Assembly: GCF_004010195.1 (NCBI RefSeq)
Contig: NC_057751.1
Coordinates: 6,998,133-7,062,132, forward strand
Direction of reading: 5' to 3'
DNA length: 64,000 bases
From: Chiloscyllium plagiosum
Lineage: Eukaryota
The notes beneath the pieces were generated by a model that had not been told where the DNA came from, searched no databases, and saw nothing but the letters and a program-made list of their open reading frames with translations. Numbering within the stretch: the stretch's first letter is position 1; the number at the start of each line of letters is the position of its first letter. Below are positions 37,525 to 50,089 of the stretch, in pieces. Made by a program: the position numbers and the translations under genes.

Positions 37525-37690
37525 GATAGCCTCTGAGCCAGAGTTTGTTAGTTCAAGTCCCACTCCAGCTCTTGATCATAAAAGTATAGGCAAACACCGA
37601 CAGAGCAGTGTTCAAGGAAGGCTGAAGTGTTGCAGGTGCTATCTTCTGGATGCAATGTAAAAGAAAGGCATTGTTAGCCCTTTCTATTCT
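37525..37690 (+). mobile_element. DeuSINE (SacSINE1/AmnSINE1-related) 5' fragment
   Basis: ctctgagccaga...gttcaagtcccactccag head followed by gtgttgcaggtgctatcttctggatg, resembling the start of the Deu domain as I recall it. Confidence 0.55.
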
Positions 37691-38631
37691 GAGATATTGT
37701 TGCGAGTATTTCTAAATGCAACCCTGTGACCTTTGGACACAACAAAGGAATTCACTGAAGAAATTAAACATTTTCAACTTACTGGGTTCCAGAAAAAGAA
37801 ACCATTTTGTTGCAGAGAGCTGACGTAACCGCATGTATCTTGTTCTTATTAGTTTGCGAAATGGATTGGCGTTGTTTTAAAACAGCTGCAACTGGTTAAT
37901 TGTCTTCAGGTGGCTTAAGTAATATAATCATTAGGTGTTATGAGCATATTCATTACGACAGAATGTTTGTTAATCGTACCATGACTGAAACCAAACTGTC
38001 AGTAAACCAAACAGTGACATGTGCATGGGCAGATAGGAAGTTAAAATGTGTTCTCCTTCACTGAATTCCATTGGGCATTAAATGCCACTGGAGATTCCGT
38101 TTTCATGTACAGATGCCAAACTTCCTTTTGCTCATCTTTCACATCATATTGCATCTGATTCGAGTGTTGTCGGTTCGTAAAACAAAGTCTTACAGTTCTT
38201 CTGCTCCCCCCCCCCCCTCCAAAAATGTATCTGCAGTTCTCGTGCAATCAGTTATGTTGAGGTTCCATGCATGCTTGCTGCCGAATGAGCCAGTGGTGTG
38301 TGCACAGCAAGATCCCACCACAAACAGATGGCTGTTTGAAGAACATTGGTCTGGATGGGCCGCACTGCCAAGCCAGAATCTATTGGCCTTTTGATCATTT
38401 CTGTGAAAAATGCATCCGTTTAGGCAGACATTGCACAGACTTTTAACATTGCTTGGATGTTTTCACTTCCGTGCAGACAATATTTGTCCGTAATACAGAA
38501 TGGGTAAAACATTGTGGCTTGACGTGCACAGAAATAGTCAGTTCCAGCTGCCACCATTGCAAATATCTGACAGCTTGTCTGAGGAGGAGAAAGATCCGCA
38601 GAGTTACATCTCATGTATTTGACTTCTCTAG

Positions 38632-38817
38632 GTATTGAAACCAACAGCGATGTGGCTCTATACTCTGGCCTTGGCGCAGCAGTGATAGCCGTCGCAGTGC
38701 TTGTGGTGGGCATCACATTATATCGAAGAAGTCAAAGTGAATATGGTGTTGATGTTATTGATTCTTCGGCTCTGGCCGGTGGCTTTCAGTCCTTCAACTT
38801 CAAGACTGCCAGACAGG
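38632..38817 (+). CDS. UNC5D: UNC5D-type exon, transmembrane helix and caspase site (186 bp, phase 1 to 1)
   Basis: Acceptor tttgacttctctag|GT and donor CAGG|gttagt. Translates (S)[70 protein letters not shown] and [18 protein letters not shown] are UNC5D-diagnostic. Confidence 0.97.
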
Positions 38818-39494
38818 GTTAGTATCTGCTTCCTTACATTACTTCAGACTAACTGTTGCAGGGTTGTTCTTTTGAGTGGCATGTGTATGAGGTGAGAATG
38901 AGCGGCCAGGTCAGTCGATGTTTTCAATGCTCAAATGAGACATAAGGGCCAGGGAATAGTCCACCAAGACGTTCTGGGGAAGGAAGATACTTAAGGCTTG
39001 TGTGATTTTCACAAACACTTGTTGCGTCTTGTGAAATGATAAGGTGAATCTTAAAAAAAAGATCAGAAGGGCTTTTGGAGAATGGGTGATGTTAGATGCA
39101 GGAAAGTCGATGGTAAGTCTTCAGGTCATTTTTTAAAAAAAATTTTCGTTTATAAGATACTGGCAAGTCCATTTGTTTATTGCCTATCTGTAATTGTCCA
39201 TGAAAGTGTGTTAGTGAGCCGATTTGTTGAAGGGCTGCAATTCGTTTGGATAGGGACACCCAAAGTGAGGAAGGGAGTCCAAGATTTCAATCCACTGATA
39301 AAAATTGAATAGGTTCGCACGGGAGATGCCCCTCCAGCTGGCTGATGTTCCTGTCATCATTGAGGACTGTGGCAATCTTGCAGCCTCACGGGAGACCCAT
39401 TAACCCAGTATCTGGAAATCTATTCATCCCAGCAGGACGAAAAAGAACACTAAATCCCACGTTTGCTACATTATTAGAAATATCAATCATTTAG

Positions 39495-39828
39495 AATTAC
39501 GGAATCCCTACAGTGCAGACGCAGGCCCTTTGGCCCATCAGGTACCTACTATGCAAAGAGCAACCTACCCAGATCCACCCCATCCCTGTAACCCTGCATT
39601 TCCCATGGCTAACCCACTGAGCCTGCACATCCCTGAACACCATGGGCAATTTAGCTTGGCCAATCCGCCAAACCTGCACATCTTTGGACTGTGGGAGGAA
39701 ACCAGAGCACCCAGAGGAAACCCACTTGTATAATATGCAAACTCCACACAATCACCAGAGCCTGGGATTGAACCCAGGTACCTGGCGCTGTGAGGCAATC
39801 GTGTTAACTACTGAGCCACCATGCCACC
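39495..39828 (-). mobile_element. HE1-type V-SINE
   Basis: Reverse-complement head gggtggcatggtggctcagtagttaacacg...gggttcaatccc, V-domain and tail. Confidence 0.9.
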
Positions 39829-40957
39829 CTGAGTGTTCTCAGTGATATGTTGCAAATGGAAAAGAAACCAAGGAAAATCTCATTCACAGTGCCGTTCTTA
39901 AGGCTTTAAAATCTTTATGCCATAATATTCCTGCTCTAGTTGCATCCTGCTGACACGGTTGTGTGTGAGTCAGTGATTTCTGCATCTCATTTGCGTTGTT
40001 GGTGAAAGACATTGACCTTATGCCGCGTGCAGCTCCGAGGGGAAGGAGAACAATCCAAAGGCTAATTCACCTCAGGTCATTTTCACACAGCTCCTCAAGG
40101 CCAGCTTGGGAGAGGGAGGCATTGGCACAGTTCCCTGGATAATGTGCAATTGACCCACTTCAGCGACTGCTCTCCAGTTTAGTATTCACAGAGGTAGCAA
40201 CAGACCCTGTTAATCTGCTGTCTGAGTGTGTGAAACGTGAAATGACTTTAAACTTGAAACAGAAGTAAGTATAATAAAGGTCATTGTCATTTTGTGGACT
40301 ATTGTTCCATGGAGATTAATGGAATGCCGCTTACTGTGGGAAAAGCAGAGTCTTAAAGGAAGTAGACTAATAAGTTCAGCACAGTAATTTTCTATTTGAA
40401 TCATTGTAATTGCTATCATAATTGCATACGAGTAGACTTAGACAAAAAGCATTCCCCACTAGAATAAACAGATAAACTGAATCAATTGAAAGCACTTTAT
40501 TCGACAGTTATTGTCATTGACAAAATGTTCTGTCTGCTGTGTGCACAGCTGATTAATACCCCCGCAAAACCTCTTTGTAATCAGATTGAATTTTCTGAAA
40601 ACATTGGGTCAGTGTCAGTCACTAGGACCTACTTCGCATTGATTGATTTATTGTAAATTGTTTGTTTGGAAATCCTAATAACTTGCTCTGAAGTTCATTT
40701 ATGGGAGAATTTCTGACCCAGTGTGCCACCTGTGATGATACTATGGCTTTAAGAGGTGTATTTCGTCCTGGGTTTCTTTTTAGGAAGAAAGGTTGAAACA
40801 GGGGTGACAAGCAGTCTCCTCCAAAACAATAAAGTAGACAGCTTATGAGATCTGGGGACTTTTTTTTAAGTTGGAACAATGGAAGCAGCCTGAATGGGTG
40901 GGGTTAATCTCCCACAGAACCAAGATCTTTTTTAGTTTTAGCCTTCAGTAGCAGTTA

Positions 40958-42065
40958 GAGTCATAGGGTCATAGAGTCCTACAGCACACGCCAGTCCATT
41001 TGGTCCATGCTGACCAAAATGTCCGTCCACGCTAACCCCATTTCCCTGTATCTGGCCCATATCCTTCTAAACCTTTCCTATCCATGTATTTGTCCAAATT
41101 AATCTTAAATGTTGTTATTGTACCATTATGGCTGGCAACTCATTCCATATGTGTACCACCCTCTGTGTAAAAAAGTTACCCCTCAGGTTCCATTTTATTC
41201 TTTCCCCTCTGACCTGAAATGGATGCCCTCTGGTCCTCGATTTCCTCACCCTGGGAAAAGAAGACTGAGTACATTCACCCTATCCTTGCCGCTCATGATT
41301 TTATACACTTTTATATCTCCTGTGCTCTAAAGAAAAAGTCCGAGCTTGTCCAACCTCTCCCTATAACCCAGCCACGTGAGTCCTGGCAACATGCTTGTAA
41401 ATTTCTTCTGCACGCTTTCCAGTTTAATAACATCCTCCCTCAAGCAAGGTGACCAAGGTGACCACCATATTATAAGAAAGATGTGGATGCTTTGGAACAG
41501 GTTCAGAGGAGGTTTAAGAGGATGCTGCCTGGACTGGAGGGCTTATCTTATGAGGAGAGGTTGACTGAGCTCGGACTTTTTTCATTGGAGAAAAGGAGGA
41601 GAAGAGGGGACCTAATTGAGGTAAACAAGGTAATGAGAGGCATAGATAGAGTCGATAGCCAGAGACTATTTCCCAGGGCAAAAATGACTAACACGAGGGG
41701 TCATAGTTTTAAGCTGGTTGGAGGAAAGTATAGAGGGGATGTTAGAAGCGGGTTCTTTACACAGAGAATTGTGAGTGCATGGAATGCGTTGCCAGCAGCA
41801 GTTGTGGAGGCAGGGTCATTGGGGACATTTAAGAGACTCCTCGACATACATATGGTCACAGAAATTTGAGGGTGCATACATGAGAATCAGTGGTCGGCAC
41901 AACATCGTGGATTGAAGGGCCTGTTCTGTGCTGTACTGTTCTATGTTCTATGTTCTCTATGTTCTATGTTCTAAAACTGAACACAATATTACCAAGTGCA
42001 GCCTTGCCAACATCCTGTACAACTGCAATGTAACTTCCCAGCTTTTATACTCAATGCCCTGATGA
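40958..42065 (-). mobile_element. CR1 3' part (minus) with a nested younger CR1 3' end on the plus strand (41456-41972)
   Basis: The host reads caaggtgacca|aaactgaacacaatatt across the insert. The insert encodes MDALEQVQRRFKRMLPGL...FKRLLDIHM and ends in a (tgttcta)n tail. Confidence 0.88.
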
Positions 42066-42879
42066 ATTGCTACTGGGGTCTTGAAGGTGGATGTGGAAGC
42101 TGTCTCTGTTACAGCTGAAGGTTCTCTTTCTGCTGCTAGAATTGCATGTGAGACCATCTATTTTACTGAATTTACCTTTGCCAAGGTTGTATTTATGGAA
42201 TGATACCATATTGAAACAGTTAATGTTTAGTAGTTCAATAATCTATTCTGTTAAATTATTCCAATTCTTCCTTTCACCGTATTTTAACTATAATGTATGG
42301 ATGGCATGTGTTTTGCTTTTAGACTGGTAGTTGGAGCACTCAAACTACATTTGGAATGTAAGGCCTGACACTGGCCTTTAAAATATGAAAAAGTTACAGT
42401 CCAAGCTATCTTCTTCATATATTTTGAGGGGGTTTGGTCTGGTCCATAACACACCTCCTTCAGAGGAAACAGTCAATTTGGACCATTGGGCACTGAGGAA
42501 GAGTCATGGGACTCAAAACATGAACTTGATTTCTCTTTCCCGGACACTGTCAAACCTACTGAGTTTCTCCTGCACTTTCTACTTGCATTTGTGTCCCACT
42601 GACATTGGACTGCTGAAGACTGTGTGGTGGTTTTCGATGTCTTATTTGCTGTGGCACCTACTGAAAGCAGGAACCAGTCAGGGTTCAGTCGTACAGATCT
42701 TATCAACCTTTCAGCTGCCATGGCCGTTAAAAATTATGCCCAGTCACTTTTCTCATCTGGCGTCCAAACCTGCAGTCACCAGGGGGCTAAACCTTGTTGT
42801 ATTAATTCATCCCCCTGTGATTTTGAGGCCAATTGTGGTGCTTCAATATTCTGTATACACAAACCCAAAATTTAGAAAC

Positions 42880-43205
42880 AGTACCATGCAGAAAGGGGCC
42901 ATTCAGCCCATAGAGTCTGCACCACCCAGCATGAAGAATATCCCACACAGGCCCAACCCCCCCCCCCCAATCCCCTACACCCAGCATTCCACATGGCCAG
43001 TCCACCTATCCTGCACATCCCTGGACACTGTAGGACAGTTTAACATGGCCATCCACCTATCCTGCACATCTTGGCATTGTGGGAGGAAACCAGAGCACCT
43101 GGCAGAAGCCCATGCAGACATAGGGAGAATGTGTAAACTCTACACAGACAGTCAACCTGACACTGTGAGGCAGCAATGCTGACCGCTGTGCCAATGTGTG
43201 CCGTC
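42880..43205 (-). mobile_element. HE1-type V-SINE (diverged, internal duplication)
   Basis: tgtgggaggaaaccagagcacctggcagaagcccatgcagacatagggagaatgtgtaaactc is the reverse V-domain. Confidence 0.82.
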
Positions 43206-43278
43206 CTTAGGAACTAGGAACAGGTATACATCATATGGTGTCTTCACCCCTAATCAACATTGACTCCCTTATTCAAGC

Positions 43279-43580
43279 TGTGAGTGACTTTAAGTGAAGG
43301 ACCCCCCTCCCCCCATTACCCTCTTTATTTTCACCCAGCACCTCTGAAATAACTCCACAGAGGCCAGTATACTGTCACTAAGGCACACTTTATTTAAACA
43401 TGGAGGGTCCTTGACACTGATCCAGCTCCCTCAGAGCCAGCTCTCAGAGTGAACAGAACCTCTGACACTCCTGTTAATATCTGTCAGCCAAGGCTCCCTG
43501 ATTGGACCAGGTTAAAAGCCTCAGTTGGGGAGCTCAGATTCTATGAGGTCCACCTGGGTGGCTTCATGACAATCGCTACA
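43279..43580 (-). mobile_element. Solo LTR-like element (probably Gypsy); related shorter copy at 51529-51741
   Basis: TGT...ACA termini (TGTGAGTGA / TCGCTACA) and minus-strand AATAAA. Shares ctttattt, gtcagc..gggctccctgattgg and ctca.attc.atgag..ccac with 51529-51741, which interrupts a CR1 with AAGG on both sides. Confidence 0.6.
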
Positions 43581-44047
43581 ACCTCTGTAAGCTTTACCAT
43601 GACAAACTTCATCGAGGAAGAATTGGGTCAGCATTCCACATCCTCTTTCCTGAATAAATGCCCACCAGCCTCCAAACTGACCAGAGGGAAGGGCAAAATC
43701 TTCCGACTTGAGTGCAGACAGCCCTCTGACGGTCAAGGATTTCAGAGTTGCACTGTCAAGTATTTTTCTTCATCTCTGTTCTAAATGGCTAACCCATCAT
43801 CCTGGGACTACTATCTCTCAGCCCTTCAACCAGGGTAAGATGCATTGCACAGTACCTCACCTGTCAAGCTCATGTCATTCAAACTGAGGAAGAAATCTGA
43901 GTCCCTCCCATCTTTATAACTGAAGAAACACTTATCCACTCGGTTCTTTCCTAGAATGTACAGTAAACATATGTGTTCATACAGACATTAATGCTTCAGA
44001 AATACACCATGTTGAGAGTAATACTGTTTTCTGTTTCCTTTTTCAAG

Positions 44048-44422
44048 GCAATTCTCTGCTTTTGAACCCATCAATACAGCCTGACCTGACGGTGAGCAGG
44101 ACGTATAGTGGACCAATCTGCTTCCAGGACCCTGTGAACAAAGAACTCATGACCCAGTCACCACTCTTTGACTCTCTGCCAGGGATCAAAGTTAAAGTAC
44201 AAAGTTCTTTAATGGTGTCACTTGGAGTTGCCGATGGAGTGGAGTATCATGGGAGGGTACCATCCCGGACTTACCCTCGTAATAGCAGAAGTGTTGACAA
44301 AATACATGCAAGAAGCAATGCATCAAGTTCTCAGCATCTCTCTGCCGCAATTACAAAGGCTGAAAACAGAACTTCCGGCATATTTGGGTGTCTGGGTGGA
44401 TGCCTGGAGGGACCAACGAAAG
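44048..44422 (+). CDS. UNC5D: UNC5D-type exon, cytoplasmic juxtamembrane region and start of ZU5 domain (375 bp, phase 1 to 1)
   Basis: Acceptor gtttcctttttcaag|GC and donor AAAG|gtatga. Translates (G)[60 protein letters not shown]...[33 protein letters not shown] and [15 protein letters not shown] are UNC5D-specific. Confidence 0.96.
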
Positions 44423-44751
44423 GTATGATACCAAGAACCTGTAACCTAGTTTCTCAATAGATTTTACTTCAATTCAAACAGTTGAGTGAAACTTCCCTTG
44501 ACTTGCTGCTCTGTCATAACTTAAAGTTCAATTTCTTATTTGGGATGAAGTAAGTATGGATTTAAGACCGACCCTTGCCCAAAAGTAGTTCACATGTAAC
44601 CAGCTATTTCATGTTACAACACATGGCAAGGGCCTCACTTGGACCCCTCATTGAAATAACATTACTCTGCATGAAGCTTACATTCCATACTCAATTTCTG
44701 GTATGGGGCTTGAAATAATTCAAAGTCAATTTTTCCTGGAGTGTTGGAGGA

Positions 44752-45378
44752 TGAAATTTTTCATGCAGAGGGTGGTGTGTAAGGAATGAGCTGCCAGAGG
44801 AAATGGTGGAGGCTGGTACAATTGCATTATTTAAAAGGCATCTGGATGGGTATGTGAATAGGAAGGGTTTAGAGGGATATGAGCCAAGTGCTGGCAAATG
44901 GGACTAGATTAGGTTGGGATATCTGGTCGGCATGGACGAGTTTGGACTGAAGGGTCTGTTTCCATGCTGTACATCTCTATGATTCTATGACTCAATGAGG
45001 GGTAATGTTCTAGAAGTTTATAAAATCATGAGGGGCATGGATAGGGTGATTAGACAAGGTTTGTTTTTCCCCAGGGTAGAAGAGTCCAAAATGAAAGGGC
45101 ATAGCTTTAGGGTGAGAGGAGAAAAATATAAAAGGGACCTCAGGGGCAACTTTTTCACGCAGAGGGTGGTGCATGTATGGAATGAGGTGCCAAATGAAGT
45201 GGTGGAGGTTGGTACATTTACAACATTTAAAAGGCATTTGGATCGGTATATGTGTTGGCAGAGTTCAGAGGGATATGGGTCAAATGGGACTAGACTAATT
45301 TAAGATATCTGGTCAGCTTGGACGAGTTGGACCAAAGGTCTGTTTCTGTGCTGTACATCTCGATGTCTCTATGGCTCA
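44752..45378 (+). mobile_element. Two tandem CR1 3' ends (44752-44995 and 44995-45378)
   Basis: The block cagagggtggtg...tttaaaaggcat...gctgtacatctc occurs twice. EVYKIMRGMDRV...FFTQRVVHVWNE. Confidence 0.9.
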
Positions 45379-45637
45379 ATATTGCCAACTAAAAGCCCAT
45401 CTGTAAAGCTCTACTCTTGATTGTTTGTTTCATATCTTCACACACATTTCTCCCCCATTGTGGAATATGGGCAAGTGTTGGAAAGATAAGAAAGCTGGTT
45501 GTCAATTTGTTTGAATCATGAGATGGTGTTTTTTCCGTGACCTACGTATCCTGGAATGGAACTTGAGCAGGAAACTTGTACCGAGTGGCAGAATATTCCT
45601 TGCTGACTCACAGTAACTCCACTGAAGTAGTGTTATT

Positions 45638-45859
45638 CAGTCAAGATTAGAGTGGTGCTGGAAAAGCACAGCAGGTCAGGCAGCATCCGCGCAGCAGGAG
45701 AATTGACGTCTTGGACGCAAGCCCTTCATCAGGAAAGAGGAAGGGCTTTTGCCCGAAACGCTGATTTTCCTGCTCCTCGGATGCTGCCTGATCTGTGCTT
45801 TTCCAGCACCACTCTAATCTTGACTCTAATCTCCACCATCTGCAGTATCCACTTCTGCC
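45638..45859. mobile_element. Palindromic hammerhead-bearing mini-element (family B), 10-bp TSD
   Basis: TAGTGTTATT at 45628-45637 and 45860-45869. Arms agtcaagattagagtggtgctggaaaagcacag and ctgtgcttttccagcaccactctaatcttgact. Two back-to-back hammerhead remnants in the centre (cccttcatcagg / aagggcttttgcccgaaacg). Confidence 0.88.
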
Positions 45860-46039
45860 TAGTGTTATTTCAGTGAAGGAGATTTGGAATCCCAGAATGG
45901 GAAGTCAAGTATTTCCTTGTGTGGACCGAAGATAATGGGCATTTTGCACGTTAGGGAACCTTAAATAAAAACGTAGTTGATCATTTTTTTGGCCAGGAGC
46001 TTGTTGACAATCCAGTGCACAACTGACTGGGTCAACCAG

Positions 46040-47010
46040 TGTCAGAGGTGTTGTCATTTCAATGAAACATTAAGTCAAAGCTTCTTCTGATCTGTTAGGT
46101 AGAAGTAAAAGATCCCATGCGATTATTTCAAAACAGAACTGAGTTAGCTCCATTCTCCTGATCAACACTTATCCCTCAACAGCTTCAATTTTTTTTATTC
46201 ATTCGTGGTATGTGCGTGTCACTGGCTGGCCAATATTAAGAAAATAATAGCAAGCTGCCTTCTTGAACCACTGCTCGGCGTTGACACACAAAGCCACGAG
46301 GGAGAGAATTTCATGATTTTGACCCAGCGATAGTAAAGGGACTGCAATGTAATTCCAAGTCCGAATGGCTCAGACGGGATTGTAAAGATGGTGGTCAAAA
46401 TCCTGGAATTCCCTTCGTCATGGCATTTCAGATCAACCCACAACCGAATTATTAAATTAGTATTCAATTATTAAATTAAATGATTTAGCCAGGTGCTCGA
46501 TTCCAAACATGCATGTTCTTCTAAGAAGTGATTTGTTAATTTGTTTTGTTCCTTTCCTGTCTCCACTGTGTCCGAACACCACTACTTGTTGGTACATACT
46601 CGCTGACAGCTAATCCCTCTGCACTGGTGACCGTTACTCATGTTTGAGTATTAATCACCATGTGTCTGCTGCCCTCGTCCTTTTTGATGGAAGTGGTGGT
46701 GGTGGGTTTGGAATGTCCTGTCTGAAGATCTTTAGTGAATGCCTACAGTGCATCTGGTAGATAGAACACACTGCTCCTACTGAACGTCGCTGGTGGAGAG
46801 TACTAATGTAGTGCCAGTCTGGTGGACTGCTTTGTCCTGGATGGTGTCAAGCTTCAAGCGTGTTGTTGGAATCTCATTAAAGGAGATGACCTGACCACGA
46901 TCACACTGTTGTTTATGGGAGCTTGCTGTGCACAAATTGGCTGCTGCATTTCTTGCATTACAGAAGTGACTGCATTTAAGACAAGTATTTCATCAGCTGT
47001 AAGGTGGTCT
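46040..47010 (+). mobile_element. DeuSINE core split in two (46040-46185 and 46880-47010) by an L2-like insertion
   Basis: gtcagaggtg...gtaaaagatcccatg...ttatccctcaac, and later atcacactgttgtttatgggagcttgctgtgcacaaattggctgctgcatttcttgcattaca, matching the Deu-domain consensus as I recall it. Confidence 0.7.
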
Positions 47011-47154
47011 GGTCAGTTAGGGATGAGCAATAGCATGGTGGCCTTGCCAGTGCCACTGAAATATTGTAAATGCATGAATAAAAGAATGAAGGGGGAAAAA
47101 GCCCTGATCGCAAAGATTTGAGGAATCTCATGGGAAGCGGCCACAAACCTATGG

Positions 47155-47465
47155 GACGGCGCAATGGCTTAGTGGTTGGTACTGATGCCTGACAGCACCA
47201 AGGACCCGGGTTCGATTCCTGCTTCTGGCGACTGTCTGTGTGGAGTTTGCACGTCTTCCCCATTTCTGTGTGGGTTTGCTCCGGTTTCTACCCGGTTAGG
47301 TGAATTGGCCCTGCTAAATCGCCCCATAGTGTTCAGAGATGTGTAGGTTAGGTGTATTAGTCTCGGGTAAATGTAGGGGAATGGGTCTGGGTGGGTTATT
47401 CTTCAGAGGGTTGGTGTGGACTTGTTGGGCAGAGGGGCCTGTTTCTACACTGTAGGGATTCTGTA
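47155..47465 (+). mobile_element. HE1-type V-SINE
   Basis: gacccgggttcgattcc B box, V-domain and tail cctgtttctacactgtagggattct. Confidence 0.9.
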
Positions 47466-50089
47466 TCTATATCATACCTTTTTAACCACTTCCTCCCATT
47501 CCTTCTGGATGGCTGTTGTTAAAATTAACCATGACAGGAGATTGGGTTCAATAAATAATTAGTTGTATCGCTCGAGCAAGAAGCATGTGAGAGACAGGAT
47601 GAGATGGCAAATATGGGTGTGGGTTAATCTATCAGACACAGATGCGCTTGTTAAGCCGAACGCCGTTTTATTGTTCCTAAAGGATTTGTGTTCCTACCAC
47701 AATAAATCTTGTGAAATCTGCTCCATCAGTTAACAGTCACATTGTTGTGGCTGAATTAGCTTTTATGCCATGGCATATGGTTCTTCATAAGTACAGAGAT
47801 GGTGAATGATTTGGTTTCTGCAGTTAACAAATAATCTGTAAAGCTATAATTGGAAAAGGAAGAAGTGACTTGCACTCTTAAAGACTGTATTTTAGAATGC
47901 TTCTTGCAGAAATCAGCATTGTGTACAATAGCAGAAGCTGTGTTTATTTACATCCACAATCTGTTGGCCATGCTGCTCCTCTCAAATTAAAAACAATATA
48001 GTGTTCATAACTTGAGGGGTCCACCCACTGATCGACCACACATTGACTCCCCATTGAACAAGATCTCAATATTAAAATTCTCACACATTTTCATATTCCT
48101 CCGTTACCTTGACTCTCCCCCTCCCTCCTCTCTTTGTAACCACATCCAGTTCTAACATTCAGAAACCTGCATTGCTCTTCTTGCTTCTCCATAACTTGAA
48201 TTGATAGATTGTTGGCAATTGTACCTTACTGTGAGGCCAGAAGCTTTACAAATTCCATCCCCAAGCCTCTCCACCTCACTACTTCTCTCTCCTTTTTGGC
48301 CAAGCTTTCTGCCACTTGTCCTGCTGGCCTTTTAAGAAGGAGACTGCTGTCCTGACCAGGTGTGCCGCACAAGTGACTCCAGACCCTCAGCAATACGATT
48401 GACTCTTAACTGCTATCTGCTATTAGGGATGGGTAATAAATGCTGGTCTGGTCAGTGATGTCCACATCCTGTGGATGAATACAAAAATAATAATGTGGCT
48501 CATGTCACATTTAATTTTGTTAATGCTTCTGTAAAGTATCTTTGGATCTTTCACCGTGTCAAAGGCATTATATGAATACACGTTATTTTTGGCCTGATAA
48601 ACTGTGAAAGTTCACACTTGCAACTGTGTCTACGGCACAGATTTTCATCTTCCAGCCCCAGAGACTCACGAAAGATGCCCGAATAGTTTGATTCAGTCTC
48701 CAGGACTCGAACGATCAATGTATTCTTATATAACTCATGTTTGTTCACTCACTTACATGTGCCTTGATGCAATTTGGGGAGCTGAAAATGCCATTCTGGA
48801 CGTTCAGGTAGGAAAGTACAGGTCACAGGTTTTGCTCAGAGTCCTCAGAATTCTGCCTGTATTTGTTCATAGTTCCTCTGTGAGCATATATGGAGATTAA
48901 AACAGCACTGATGTGTGGTCTGTTGCTGCCCTGTTAATTATACACTGCACCCTTAACTTTCAGTTGACACTGGGGCTCAAGGTCTGCTTATTTCCATTCA
49001 ATCTTATCAACCTCCATGATCCTCTTGGCACCTCACCAATCTGCTTGCAGGCGACTGAGAAATCACAGACTCGCATTCACCAGCGCACTGGCAACTGGCA
49101 TTGAAAGGCGACAGCAAAGATACTTTGTGAGCACAAGCAATCACTCACCTCATGGTTTGGCATCTCATGGGTGCTTACTTGTTCCTGTAACGTTAGCTCA
49201 CTTATCACCTTCCTGTCTGCTCACTCCCAATCCATGCCTTGCCTCGCCGATTAGCACAGTCACAAAGCTAGGAGCTTTGCTGTCCCCAACAAGATGTACA
49301 CCCTTTTGACTGAAGACTATTGACCAAAAGGCAATGTACCAAGTCAGTCTCACACTTGGTCCATGCACAAGCAGTTTGCCTGGCAAAAACAAGCAGGAAG
49401 TCATGGGTCAAAATCTGACGGAAGTTGTCCTCACTGAAGTCTGCAGAGGCAATCAGCAGTCTGGGGGTCCTACCACAGCAAGTCAACTGCAGCTTCCCAT
49501 TACCAGTCAAAAGGATTGGCCATCAGGGTAATTTCAATGAGGGAGCCTCTGCAGCTGGAGTCCAGGGAATGGGTGAAGCTCTACGTTACCAATCTACCAC
49601 ATCTGAGGAGACGTACCGGCATCAGATAGGGGTCTTGGAATTTCTCATCCAGGCCCTGTGGTGAGGTGAACCAAGCTCATTCCATTGGGTTCATCAACAG
49701 AAACTCAGGAGAACGAGGTTTGGTGTTGGGTTGAGGGTAGTGATGAACAAGAGGAGCCTCTGCTGTGGGAAGGTGAACTGAGGGACCAGGATTTGGAACT
49801 GCACCATGGGGATCAGAGGGGGGATGAGAATCATGGAGGGCGCAACTGTGTCTACCGTACAGCGCGGAGGTCAAGAGGTCTGTGCATTGGGAGTTCTGTC
49901 CACAATCAGGAACACTCTGGCTTCAAGGAAAGGGCAACATATGAAGATTTGTGACATGATCTTCCACTTCTCCAATATTTTCAGAATCCGTCCAAGACCA
50001 AGCAGAACAGCTTTGGAATGCTATTGCTTTTCCTTGTGCCCAGAGGCTTGCTGGTCATTTGACAGATATTCAATGAATGACAGATTTTA

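Noticed and set aside
42385..43182. Longest ORF in the track (265 aa)
   Set aside because: Runs through unique sequence into an antisense HE1 SINE, with no recognisable domain. Likely a chance ORF.
49685..49954. Acidic 89-aa ORF in purine-rich sequence
   Set aside because: No splice context or recognisable domain. Possibly decayed transposon sequence, but I could not assign it.
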